Shown here: positions 8,731 through 17,789 of the stretch, in pieces
Numbering within the stretch: the first letter of the stretch is position 1
Layout: the number at the start of each line of letters is the position of its first letter
NCBI GenBank assembly: GCA_046759165.1
Contig: JBHIBS010000007.1
Coordinates: forward strand, 1 to 54,200
Source of the DNA: a bacterium
GTDB taxonomy: Bacteria; UBA6262; WVXT01
Reading direction: 5' to 3'
Length of the DNA: 54,200 bases
Program-made: the position numbers and the translations under genes
The notes under the pieces: generated by a model
The model's input: the letters and a program-made list of their open reading frames with translations, nothing else
Database searches by the model: none
What the model was told of the DNA's origin: nothing

Positions 8731-8992
8731 GGCAAAACTGGGAGATAGAAGCAAAAGTCCCTGAAAGGGGGAAAAATCTGAACTTTTTCCATGATCTTCA
8801 TTTTGGCCTTCCAAATACGAGGAAAAACAAAGGATCTCTAATATTTTACTCCCTTAGAAACGAAATTATCCACATCGCTGTCCGGTAAGATTCGTCTTCT
8901 TCATTTGCCCTTAAGTACCCCGTTCCTCAGACTAGTCACTCACGTCCTCTTATTCTTCGCTCTTCCTCAGACGACCTGGGCGTTCGCCCCCT

Positions 8993-9016
8993 TTCGAGTC
9001 TCTCAGCGGGCTCGCA
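8993..9016 (+). pseudogene. tRNA 3'-end fragment (T-loop to acceptor), att-site-like
   Basis: TTCGAGT-CTCTC-AGCGGGC-TCGCA without a 5' T-stem, directly followed by a terminator. Confidence 0.45.
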
Positions 9017-9017
9017 T

Positions 9018-9054
9018 GGGAGCCAACCCGCCAAGCCGGGTTGGCTCCCTTTTT
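9018..9054 (+). terminator. Strong Rho-independent terminator
   Basis: Perfect 13-bp stem gggagccaacccg/cgggttggctccc, 6-nt loop, T5. Confidence 0.85.
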
Positions 9055-9577
9055 GTATAAAGTCGTAACCAAATTAAAAATAGAATTTATGACTGCCCGG
9101 TTTATTTACTCTTAGATTTGGGAAATGTTGAACCATTCTCACCTGTAACATACTGATTAGAAGTTAATCATAATAGTTTTTTTGGCTTGCCTTTTATGAG
9201 AATTTTTAGTACAATTAAAAAAATTAAAAATGAATATTTGTGCTAAAATCATATTTGCCAAGAACCAAATTTTATTGCCTAAGGCCAAAGATTGTCAGGT
9301 TATAAGTATGGTTTCCGGAAGCTAAGAAATTTCCACCCATGTTAACGCTAAACATACTGCAAACCAATAGTCTATTATTAGATAACCTAACCCTAAATAA
9401 AAAAAGGCGACATAGCAGTTTGAGTAGTGGTATAGCTGAATTTGGTTCGGAAATACTCCCAAGTTTGGAAGGATGTGAGGGACAAGTTCTGATATAAAGA
9501 AGTTGCGTGACACTTCAGGAGGAGAATCTTTTAACAGGGATGCCGCATTGTACGGGTTTTGAGAAAAAACGTATGAC

Positions 9578-10867
9578 ATGAAGATATTCAGCGAGAAAAA
9601 ATTTCACTATACTCTTATAGGCATTTTAGCAATTTTGGTTTTCTCTCAAATTGCTTTCGCACAGAATAAATCGACGTTAACTCTATCTGACGCAGTGCAA
9701 ATCGCTCTTAAAAACAATAGGGAAATTGCTATTTTGCAGAAGGATATCGAGAAGGCGAAGGGAGAGAAAAAAGCGGCTTCCCGAATCTTCCAGCACAATC
9801 CGGAAATAGCAGGGGAAGTGAAAAATAGAAGAAGTGGTAATCAGAACATTAGGGATTTCGAGTTTTCTCTTTCTCAATCCGTGGGGATAGGAAGACAAAG
9901 ACATTATCGAATGAAGATAGCCGAACTTTACCTCCTAAAAGCCCAGTTTCAACTGGAAAACGAGAAATTTACAATAGCTGAAAAGATCAAAGGCATATTT
10001 ATTGACTTGACCGCTTTGAATGAAAAACTTCAAGCCGTCCAAGATATACTGGAAGTTGAGGAAGGTCTTTTCCAATGGCTCACCATTCGTTCAGCTCAAG
10101 GGGAGATTTCATCAGTGGCATTAAATACCGTAGGGCTGGAAGTTTTGAGAACTAAAGAAAAGCTTTTGGATATCCACCGGGCGATACTTAGCAAAAAGCG
10201 AGGATTGGAGTGGGTGATGAACACCTCCCTGCCTGAAGGTAGGGAAATTGTCTATGGCTGGCCAGAATTTCCCGCTAATATCCCACGTGAGGAACTTGAA
10301 AGATATGCTGAAGAACATAATCCAGATGTTAAAATTGCTTTGGTAGATTCAAGAATAGCAGAAGCTTCATTGAAGCTGGCGAAAGCCGGGCACGTTATTC
10401 CCGGTCTCAGTTTTTCCTTTATACGTTCGCGGGAAGATAACGATAATCTTATCGGCTTCGGTTCCTCTCTCCCTCTGCCTCTTTTCAATCGGAGGACAGG
10501 AGAGATAACCACCGCCAAGGCGGAAAAAGAAAGGGCTACTCTGGAGCTTAAGCGAATCCATGAAAAGATTTTCTCAGAGATAAATAGATACTGTGAGTCT
10601 TCCACGATTTTAGAGCAGCAAAGGAAACTATTTGTTGAAAAAATTCTGCCAATCCCCCAACATAACCTGGATCAAATCAAGATGCGCTACCAAAGGGGAG
10701 AGCTTGACCTTATGACCCTTGAAAGGTTTTGGGATAGCTGGATAGAGACGAAAATAGAATACGCAGAGTTTCTGCAACAATACTATCATATGCTCTGCCG
10801 AATTGAGTTACTCTCAGGAGCAGAGTTAAAAAAGATTGTCAAAAAATATGAGCCAAAGGAGCAATGA
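9578..10867 (+). CDS. TolC/CzcC-family outer membrane efflux protein
   Basis: Signal peptide (AFA); LTLSDAVQIALKNN; SLPLPLFNRRxGEI; RYQRGE motifs; operon with MFP and RND. Confidence 0.92.
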   Translation: MKIFSEKKFHYTLIGILAILVFSQIAFAQNKSTLTLSDAVQIALKNNREIAILQKDIEKAKGEKKAASRIFQHNPEIAGEVKNRRSGNQNIRDFEFSLSQSVGIGRQRHYRMKIAELYLLKAQFQLENEKFTIAEKIKGIFIDLTALNEKLQAVQDILEVEEGLFQWLTIRSAQGEISSVALNTVGLEVLRTKEKLLDIHRAILSKKRGLEWVMNTSLPEGREIVYGWPEFPANIPREELERYAEEHNPDVKIALVDSRIAEASLKLAKAGHVIPGLSFSFIRSREDNDNLIGFGSSLPLPLFNRRTGEITTAKAEKERATLELKRIHEKIFSEINRYCESSTILEQQRKLFVEKILPIPQHNLDQIKMRYQRGELDLMTLERFWDSWIETKIEYAEFLQQYYHMLCRIELLSGAELKKIVKKYEPKEQ

Positions 10868-10868
10868 A

Positions 10869-11825
10869 ATGTTTAAAATCAACTGGTGCAGGGTGCGGCT
10901 GAAATACTGGATTTTACCATTCTTTTTAGTTCTGAGCATTATGATGTTTGCATCGTGTGCGAAGAATGAAAGTAAACCTACCCCTTTAAGGGGCCTGCTC
11001 CGCGCTGCTAAAGTAACACATAAGGATTTCCAGCGAACAGTTACTGCCTACGGATATACAAAGGCAACGAGAAAAGCAGACATTATAGCCTACACTCAGG
11101 GCAGAATTGAGCGAGTCTGGGTAAAAAATGGAGACGGAGTAAAGAAGGGTGAAAGATTACTTTCCATAAAAGGTTACTATGGAATAAAGGCCATGGAAAG
11201 CTCAGGCGGTTCCTATAAGAAAGGATTGGGCAAGTTAAATCCAGTTAAAAATAATATTTTAAAAACATCTCCGATATCTGGATACGTGACATCGTTGACA
11301 AAAAACATTGGAAATGCCGTCAAGTCCGGGGAACTCTTACTCTCCATTGTGAATCTGGAAAACCTCCTCGCTGAGGTGGAAGTCTTTGGTGTTCAAGCGA
11401 GCCCCATCAAGCGGGGACAATTAGCGATAATTAGTAGCGATAAGCGCCAGTTTTCTGGAAAGGTCTCTTTTGTGAGCACAGAAATTAGTCCGAAGACAGG
11501 AGGCAGAAAGGTAGGCATTGAGATTTCGAAAAAAGGGTCAGCAAAAGTTTTGCCAGGCGACTTCGTGAAGGCTGAGATAACTATCGAAAAACACCTCTCG
11601 TCGTTAGCAATTCCCGAGGAGGCACTCTTGAGTGAAAGGAGTCAAAAAGTTGTAATGGTGAAAGTTGGGCAAAATTATGAAAAAAGGGTCATCGCTACTG
11701 GTCTATACAGTCAAGGATATGTGGAAGTGTTAGATGGTCTCAGTGGAGGAGAAGAGGTAGCTACAACGGGCGCTTATGAACTACTCAATCGGGGAATAAA
11801 GAAAAAACTAAAGGTAGAGGACTAA
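10869..11825 (+). CDS. RND periplasmic adaptor (MFP) lipoprotein, apparently lacking the alpha-hairpin
   Basis: Lipobox FASC; lipoyl halves GRIERVWVKNGDGVKKGERL and SPISGYV; IPEEAL; VEVLDGLSGGEEV. Confidence 0.9.
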   Translation: MFKINWCRVRLKYWILPFFLVLSIMMFASCAKNESKPTPLRGLLRAAKVTHKDFQRTVTAYGYTKATRKADIIAYTQGRIERVWVKNGDGVKKGERLLSIKGYYGIKAMESSGGSYKKGLGKLNPVKNNILKTSPISGYVTSLTKNIGNAVKSGELLLSIVNLENLLAEVEVFGVQASPIKRGQLAIISSDKRQFSGKVSFVSTEISPKTGGRKVGIEISKKGSAKVLPGDFVKAEITIEKHLSSLAIPEEALLSERSQKVVMVKVGQNYEKRVIATGLYSQGYVEVLDGLSGGEEVATTGAYELLNRGIKKKLKVED

Positions 11826-11832
11826 TTTAACA

Positions 11833-14800
11833 TTGATAAAATATCTATCAAAAAGAATATATCTTGTTCTCATACTGTTACTCATCCTTGTTGTAGCTGG
11901 GGTTTACGCATTAAGACAACTATCGGTAGATATCTTCCCTAATTTGAATTATCCCCTCCTCAACATCATAACCCACTATCCCGGTGGCTCCCCTCCAGAC
12001 ATAGAGACCCTCGTTAGCCGTCCAATTGAAACACAAATGAGCGGACTTACAAATGTGCGAAGAATCTCCTCTACATCACGGCAGGGTCTCTCCCAGGTTG
12101 CGGTAGAATTCAATTGGGGAGTGGATGTAAAAGATGCCCGTCAGATGGTCGCCCAGGCACTCTCAATAGTGATTCCCAGCCTGCCTCAAGGAGCAATTCC
12201 CGTAATAGAGAACATCGGCTCGAGTCTCCAGGAAATAATGGATTTTGGAGTGACGACACAAAATGGCGGAATGGATTTAGGAGAACTAAAATATTATATT
12301 CGCGCCAAAGTTGCAAACCAACTCAAAGCGGTAAAAGGAATCTCCAGAATAGAAGTCATTGGTGGTCGAGACGAAGCCCTGGTGGTAGAGCCTGACACCT
12401 TGAGCCTCTTGAGAAACGAACTTTCCCTGTCGGATTTGCGAAATATTTTACTTTCTAACAATGTTCAGGAGATGGCCGGTTATCTCGAGAAGGACTACCG
12501 GGATTATGCTGTGCGGGGATTGGGCAATATTGAGGATATCCAAGGACTGAAAAATATAGTGGTTAAAAATACCAATGGCATACCAATTCTCTTAAAGGGT
12601 ATTGCCACAGTGAAGCGAGGTTACCTGCCCCAGAGGTATACCGTTCATATTAACGGTCAGGAGGGGGTCGCCTTCTGCATCTTCAAAAACCCCAACGCTA
12701 ATACGATTGAAGTAGCCCGAGAAGTATACCAAAAGCTAAGCGGAATTAGAAAAACGCTTCCACCAGGAATCACTATTGCCAATTTTTATGACCAGTCAGA
12801 GGTAATCAATGAAGCAGCGAGAAACTTTAGGTCCAATATCCTCGTGGGTGGATTCTTAGTCATCGTGGTTCTGTCTCTGTTTCTGGGTAGCTTCCGAAAT
12901 TCCTTACTTATCGCCTTCAGCATCCCGCTATCCGCTATTGTGTCCTTTCTTTTCCTTCGCCTGGCACATTTGTCATTGAATATGATTACCTTGGGAGCTA
13001 TGGCCGTGGCTGTGGGGATGGTAGTGGATGTTTCCATTATCGTTTTGGAAAATATCCTCCGCCATCGTTCGCTGGGGAAAGCTCCTCTGCAGGCAGTGGT
13101 TGAAGGTACGAAGGAAATTATGCCGGCTGGTGTCTCCGGAACGCTCACCACAGTGGCAGCATTTATCCCGCTACTTTTCTTATCTGGAATCGGGGGCCGC
13201 TTTGCCGCACCCTTCGGATGGGTTATGATTGTTATGCTTTTAGCCTCATTAGCAATTTCCCTCACCATCATCCCCATCTGGTCAGCAAGGGAAAGAGAAT
13301 ATAAGGAGAAAAAAGCTATAGCAGCCGATGCTGTCTCCTACTTCATCAACTTGAATCAGAAAATTCTCCGCATTTTTCTTCAGAGAAAGAAGCGGGCTCT
13401 ATTGATTGTCCTCGGAGTGTTTCTCGTCTCTGCTGGTCTTTTAGTTTTCTCCCCGATATCTTTTCTCCCCCAGGTAGACGAAGGAGCTATCTTGATGGAG
13501 TATATCCTTCCACCAGGAACGTCTCTTCAGGAAAGTGGTCGCATTGGAAGCCTTCTGGGAAGAATTTACATGCAAGACCCAGATGTCCAGACCGTCTACC
13601 GAAGGACAGGTTCGGAGGCAACAAGCTATCAGGTGGAACCTGTTAACCGGGGCGAACTTGTAATTAGACTTAAGCCCAGACGTTTAAGAAAGAGGAGTAT
13701 TTTCCAGATAATCAGAGACCTTAAAAGCATCACCGACCAAATTCCGGGCCTGATAACCCTCTACCATCAAGTAACTGCCGAAAAAATGGATGAAAGTTTC
13801 TCCGGTCTTCCGACAATGTTTGGCATAACGCTCTACGGCGAAGATTACGACAAACTTCTCTCCTACTCACAAAAAATAGAGAAACTTGCCAGTCAGACAA
13901 AAGGTATCGGGAATGTAATCAACAATGCAAAGTTTACAGTGCCTGAGATTCAGGTCAAGCCCAACCCTCGGCAAATGGCTCGCTACGGCCTCTCTTCAAA
14001 AGAGGTTATGGACGAATTGAGAATTCGTCTGGGGGGAGAGATTGTTTCCTGGGTGGTTAAAGGAGAAAAGACAGTCCCCATCTTTCTAAAAGGAAAAACC
14101 AATGGTGAAGTTCGGCTCGAGAACCTGGAGAAAATGCTGGTGAAGGTTGCTCATGGAGCTTATCTGCCATTATCACAGTTAACTAACATCTCTACCCACT
14201 ACGGTGCAAACTCAATCACCCACATCAACTTACAGAGGGAAGTCACCTTGCCGGCAGAGATTGAAGGCTCTATTGGAGGAGTTTCTCGCCGACTTAAAGC
14301 CGACATAGAAAAATTGAATCTGCCGGAGGGCTATTTCGTTGAGTTCGGCGGCCAGTATAAATCACTTTTAGAGATGCTGAAAGGCTTTGCGATCTTTGCC
14401 CTGATAAGCGTACTGATTGTATACTTGATTATGAACGTTCAACTTGGCAACAGTGTCCATCCTCTGGCTATTATGTTTGAGCTACCACTTTCATTTATGG
14501 GAGCGTTTTTGGCCATTGCCGCTTTCCGACAACCCCTGAACCTCTCTTTCTTCATTGGACTTATTACGCTCATTGGCGTCTCAGTGAATAACGGAATTGT
14601 CCTCATAGATTATGTCAATCGAAGACGCGACTCTGGAATGGAGAGAGAAAAAGCTATAGAAGAAGCTGCTCGAATTCGCGCCCGCCCTATTCTGCTTACT
14701 GCTTTGACCTCTATTTTTGCTCTTTTCCCCATATCCTTGGGGTTGGGTATTGGTTCCAAGATTCATCAACCTCTTGCCATCTGTGTTATGGGTGGATTGT

Positions 14801-14892
14801 TGGTGAATACCATTCTGACACTAAATGTATTGCCAGTAATTTACTGTGTTTTGGAAGATTTATTTAAGAGAAAAAGGGATAACTCACAATGA
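11833..14892 (+). CDS. RND efflux permease (AcrB/CzcA superfamily)
   Basis: 1019 aa; VDIFPNL..PGGSPxDIE; TM4 GMVVDVSIIVLENI; NNGIVLID; RARPILLT. Confidence 0.95.
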   Translation: MIKYLSKRIYLVLILLLILVVAGVYALRQLSVDIFPNLNYPLLNIITHYPGGSPPDIETLVSRPIETQMSGLTNVRRISSTSRQGLSQVAVEFNWGVDVKDARQMVAQALSIVIPSLPQGAIPVIENIGSSLQEIMDFGVTTQNGGMDLGELKYYIRAKVANQLKAVKGISRIEVIGGRDEALVVEPDTLSLLRNELSLSDLRNILLSNNVQEMAGYLEKDYRDYAVRGLGNIEDIQGLKNIVVKNTNGIPILLKGIATVKRGYLPQRYTVHINGQEGVAFCIFKNPNANTIEVAREVYQKLSGIRKTLPPGITIANFYDQSEVINEAARNFRSNILVGGFLVIVVLSLFLGSFRNSLLIAFSIPLSAIVSFLFLRLAHLSLNMITLGAMAVAVGMVVDVSIIVLENILRHRSLGKAPLQAVVEGTKEIMPAGVSGTLTTVAAFIPLLFLSGIGGRFAAPFGWVMIVMLLASLAISLTIIPIWSAREREYKEKKAIAADAVSYFINLNQKILRIFLQRKKRALLIVLGVFLVSAGLLVFSPISFLPQVDEGAILMEYILPPGTSLQESGRIGSLLGRIYMQDPDVQTVYRRTGSEATSYQVEPVNRGELVIRLKPRRLRKRSIFQIIRDLKSITDQIPGLITLYHQVTAEKMDESFSGLPTMFGITLYGEDYDKLLSYSQKIEKLASQTKGIGNVINNAKFTVPEIQVKPNPRQMARYGLSSKEVMDELRIRLGGEIVSWVVKGEKTVPIFLKGKTNGEVRLENLEKMLVKVAHGAYLPLSQLTNISTHYGANSITHINLQREVTLPAEIEGSIGGVSRRLKADIEKLNLPEGYFVEFGGQYKSLLEMLKGFAIFALISVLIVYLIMNVQLGNSVHPLAIMFELPLSFMGAFLAIAAFRQPLNLSFFIGLITLIGVSVNNGIVLIDYVNRRRDSGMEREKAIEEAARIRARPILLTALTSIFALFPISLGLGIGSKIHQPLAICVMGGLLVNTILTLNVLPVIYCVLEDLFKRKRDNSQ

Positions 14893-14998
14893 TATCTGAA
14901 AATTCTTATACGTACTTTTAGATGCTCCCTGAATTGGTTAAAAATCGGAAAAGCCGCACAACACTGCGTTACCAGTTCACTACGCTCACCCAAATCCC

Positions 14999-15103
14999 GC
15001 CGTTGGAACGGCTTGTACCTTTGCGGATGTTTTCCTTGGAGCAAGGACACTGAAAAGATTTTGTTGCCAAACAGGCGTAACATTGGAAACGATAAGCGTA
15101 AAC
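14999..15103 (+). repeat. Second copy of structured repeat segment B
   Basis: Matches 8205-8308; stems gccg/cggc, tccttg/caagga, tttgcg/cgtaaa retained with altered loops. Confidence 0.9.
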
Positions 15104-15176
15104 TAAGTGGATTAAGTTAACGGCAATAATAAGAATTTAGAACCGCCCTCTGAAAAATTTCCTCTTTTTTTTATCC

Positions 15177-15205
15177 TTGACATCATACTTTAAAGATAGT
15201 ATATT
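15177..15205 (+). promoter_or_regulatory. Sigma70 promoter of the MNT-HEPN operon
   Basis: TTGACA-17 nt-TATATT. Confidence 0.85.
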
Positions 15206-15246
15206 ATGTTTAGATTTATAAACATATGTTTATATTAACAAACATA
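15205..15246. promoter_or_regulatory. Tandem palindromic operator TATGTTT-N8-AAACATA (two copies)
   Basis: 15205-15226 and 15225-15246, covering the predicted transcription start, upstream of an HTH protein. Confidence 0.8.
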
Positions 15247-15266
15247 GAGACAAAATAGGTAAGTTT

Positions 15267-15890
15267 ATGAGAGTGCATGACCCATTAAATAAGATTTTAA
15301 ATAATGAGGTAAAAGTTAAAATACTGCGTTTTCTCTGCAGAACAGAGGCAGAATGGAGCGGGCGTCAAATTGCCCAGGAGATAAAAGTAAGTCCTGCAGC
15401 AGCTCACAAGGCTCTTCGGGAGCTTAATAATGAGAGGGCACTTTTGCTTAGAAGCGTAGGGAGGAGTTACCTTTACCGCTTGAATAGAGAAAACTTTATC
15501 ATTTCGGAATTACTTAAACCTCTATACGAAAGGGAAAATAAAATTCCTGAACAGGTATATGCAGAGATAAAAAGAAATATTTCTTCATTTGTAATAAAGG
15601 ACATAGTCTCTATGGCAGTCTTTGGAAGTGTGAAGGGAAAAAAGGAAAAGTCCACAAGTGATATAGACCTTTTAGTACTGATAAAGAATAAGGAGGATAA
15701 AGAAAAGGTAGAAGAGGGCTTTGGAAGGGCAAATGAAAAGATAATAAGTAGATATGGTAATACAGTGGCTGCTTACATTCAGACGGTTGAAGAATTTAGG
15801 TCAAAATACAAAAAAGGGCTTGCCTTGACAAAGAATATACTAAAGTTTCATAGTTTGATTTTTGGTAAACCGTTAGAGAATTTATTGTAA
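15267..15890 (+). CDS. Winged-HTH + minimal nucleotidyltransferase (MNT) antitoxin
   Basis: HTH SGRQIAQEIKVSPAAAHKALREL; MNT motif FGS..SDIDLLV. Confidence 0.88.
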   Translation: MRVHDPLNKILNNEVKVKILRFLCRTEAEWSGRQIAQEIKVSPAAAHKALRELNNERALLLRSVGRSYLYRLNRENFIISELLKPLYERENKIPEQVYAEIKRNISSFVIKDIVSMAVFGSVKGKKEKSTSDIDLLVLIKNKEDKEKVEEGFGRANEKIISRYGNTVAAYIQTVEEFRSKYKKGLALTKNILKFHSLIFGKPLENLL

Positions 15891-16298
15891 ATGCTAGCTA
15901 AGAAGATAAAGACAAAAGCGATAGAAAGAAGGGAATATAAAACCTACCTTAAAAAAGCCAGTGAATTTTATGATATAATGCTCCAGGCTAAGAAGAGGGG
16001 AAAATGGAATGCTGTGGGTTTGAATGCTGTCCACTGTGCAATATCTTCCTCGGATGCAATGTTTGTATTCTATGCAGGTATTCGCTCTATCAGCGATGAT
16101 CATTTGGCAGTAATTGATTTGTTATCAAATTCTATAAAATTGCCTGACGTGAAATCTAAACGCGAGACCTTAAGAAAGATCTTAGTCCAAAAAAGTATAA
16201 TTGAATATGAGGATAGAGATTTTACTCAGAAAGAAGCCCTGGAAATACTAAAGCTCACGGAAAGATTTTATAGTTGGGTTATTTCAAGAATAAGATAA
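15891..16298 (+). CDS. HEPN-domain protein (partner of MNT)
   Basis: Helical HEPN pattern (YLKKASEF..AVHCAIS..DH..KSIIEYE..EALEILKLTERFYSW); adjacent to MNT. Confidence 0.8.
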   Translation: MLAKKIKTKAIERREYKTYLKKASEFYDIMLQAKKRGKWNAVGLNAVHCAISSSDAMFVFYAGIRSISDDHLAVIDLLSNSIKLPDVKSKRETLRKILVQKSIIEYEDRDFTQKEALEILKLTERFYSWVISRIR

Positions 16299-16523
16299 TT
16301 GTTTATAATTTTTCCTGTTAGAGTCAACAACATAAAGCAATAAATTTCTCTTGTGCAAATCAATGCAAATTTCGTAAGCAATCGTGGCTACCTCTTTATG
16401 GAGGCATTCTCCTTCCACAATATTATAACAGTCGGAGTCGCTTTTTCATAATATAGCCGTTATGACTAAGAGGCAATCAAAAGCGACCTTCACTCAATGC
16501 TTCTATTAAAAATTTACGAGCGT

Positions 16524-16744
16524 ATCGGCCCCTTCCTTAGAGGGGCTTGTCCTTTTGAAGGCTACTGAGGAGGACCAGTTAAAGGCTTAGTTGATTTTCC
16601 CAGAGCTTGAGATTAAACAAACAGGTCCGGGGATTTGAAAACTTGCTCTCATCCTGCCTGGCATTGCTGAAACCTGACCGGGCCAACGGTATGCAGGAAA
16701 AGCTAAAGAAATCAAGGTTTCGGGAATGCCCAATTTTTTAAGTG
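16524..16744 (+). mobile_element. IS200/IS605-like end hairpin plus repeat segment A; possible decayed HEARO/omegaRNA-like element
   Basis: atcggc..gttgat outer pairing (16524/16590), gcccct/aggggc hairpin then ttgt, gtcctt/gaggac hairpin, then segment A shared with 8108-8205. Confidence 0.45.
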
Positions 16745-16749
16745 GACAA

Positions 16750-17014
16750 CCCTGACAAGAACATCTTTCTCGGGTTTAATACCTGGGATCCTATAAAGAT
16801 GAACCGAAGCGAGTTGAGGAAGCTGGTTCTCCATGAGCTTCTCCACAGTTTCTCTGGGAATTGAGTGACTTATTCAGTGTTACCATAGATGAGTGTGAGA
16901 TTACTTCTGGACAAAAAGAGTTATTGAAGGAGAAGTATGATAATATGGAAATGGAAAAATTAACCAACTGATAAATATGGCAATTAAATTAGAAACTCAA
17001 AAGGAAAAAGAATA
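16750..17014 (+). pseudogene. Frameshifted HExxH metallopeptidase-like remnant
   Basis: MNRSELRKLVLHELLH (HELLH at 16832-16846), then frameshifts into FLWELSDLF..KEKYDNME and KINQLINMAIKLETQKEKE*. Confidence 0.55.
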
Positions 17015-17027
17015 AATTGATTAATCA

Positions 17028-17056
17028 TTGACAAAGTTTATAAACTCTGTTACAAT
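17028..17056 (+). promoter_or_regulatory. Sigma70 promoter with palindrome in the spacer
   Basis: TTGACA-17-TACAAT with extended TGn; acaaagtttataaactctgt (17031-17050) is a near-perfect palindrome. Confidence 0.85.
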
Positions 17057-17096
17057 AAAATAAAAAGGAATAAAAATAGCACCAGAAGGAGAGATA

Positions 17097-17630
17097 ATGA
17101 AAAAGAAACTTAACATTCTGGTTGTGGATGATGATGTGGCTATTCGCGAACTCTTTGAAAGGATATTAAAAAAGGAAGAGCACAGGGTGGTTACTGTAGA
17201 TAGTGGAGAAAAGGCCACAAAGGCTATGGGCAAGGAGCCTTTCGATGTAGTCTTTCTGGACGTAGTGATGCCTGAAATGGATGGAGTGGAGGTCTTTAAG
17301 GTCATTAAAAAGATCAATTCTGAAGCGATTGTAATTATGATGAGTGGGTATCCAGTGGAAGAAAGGATAAAGGAGGCCATAAAACTGGGAGCTACTGACC
17401 GTATTGAAAAGCCATTGGATGCAGATACAATTTTGACCATAACTCAGGTTGCTGAGTATCTGAACGTCCGAAAGCTAACCGTCTATAAATTGGCTCGAGA
17501 AGGAGGTCTTCCCGCTTTTAAGGTAGGTGGACAGTGGAGGTTCAAGAAGGAACTGTTAGATAAATGGATTGCCCGGGAGACAGAGAGAAGTAAACTCTCT
17601 GAGCAGTCTAAAAAAGTTGATAGCGAGTGA
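17097..17630 (+). CDS. Response regulator, REC fused to excisionase-like (HTH_17) DNA-binding domain
   Basis: ILVVDDD..LDVVMP..KP; C-terminal LTITQVAEYLNV..TVYKLAREGGLPAFKVGGQWRF. Confidence 0.92.
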   Translation: MKKKLNILVVDDDVAIRELFERILKKEEHRVVTVDSGEKATKAMGKEPFDVVFLDVVMPEMDGVEVFKVIKKINSEAIVIMMSGYPVEERIKEAIKLGATDRIEKPLDADTILTITQVAEYLNVRKLTVYKLAREGGLPAFKVGGQWRFKKELLDKWIARETERSKLSEQSKKVDSE

Positions 17631-17694
17631 ACATTTTCATAAGTTGAACGTTCGGCTGTGTAGAGGTTAAGCCGAAGTTTTCGCTGGCTAAAAG

Positions 17695-17739
17695 ATCCAC
17701 CATTATTGTCTTTGAGGACGATAATGGTGGATTTTTTTT
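17695..17739 (+). terminator. Rho-independent terminator
   Basis: 16-bp stem atccaccattattgtc/gacgataatggtggat followed by T run. Confidence 0.9.
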
Positions 17740-17789
17740 GTCTTGGAAGCTCGAAATTGAAGCGCTGCTAAAAAAATTTAAAAAAATAC

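Noticed and set aside
8693-8770. Functional tRNA-Met/Ile2 (CAT)
   Set aside because: Anticodon stem does not pair and no T-arm or acceptor 3' strand follows; kept only as a fragment
8728-8775. c-di-GMP-I riboswitch (GGCAAAAC..GCAAAA)
   Set aside because: Lacks the GNRA-capped P2 stem, the GACGCAAA junction and P3
9230-9570. Metal-sensing riboswitch or leader peptide upstream of the efflux operon
   Set aside because: No NiCo, yybP or M-box consensus recognised; small ORFs lack an RBS
17645-17685. Glutamine (glnA) riboswitch-like CGTT..GAAGT hairpin
   Set aside because: Only a simple ttcggct/agccgaa stem in a 3' UTR before a terminator; the three-way junction is missing
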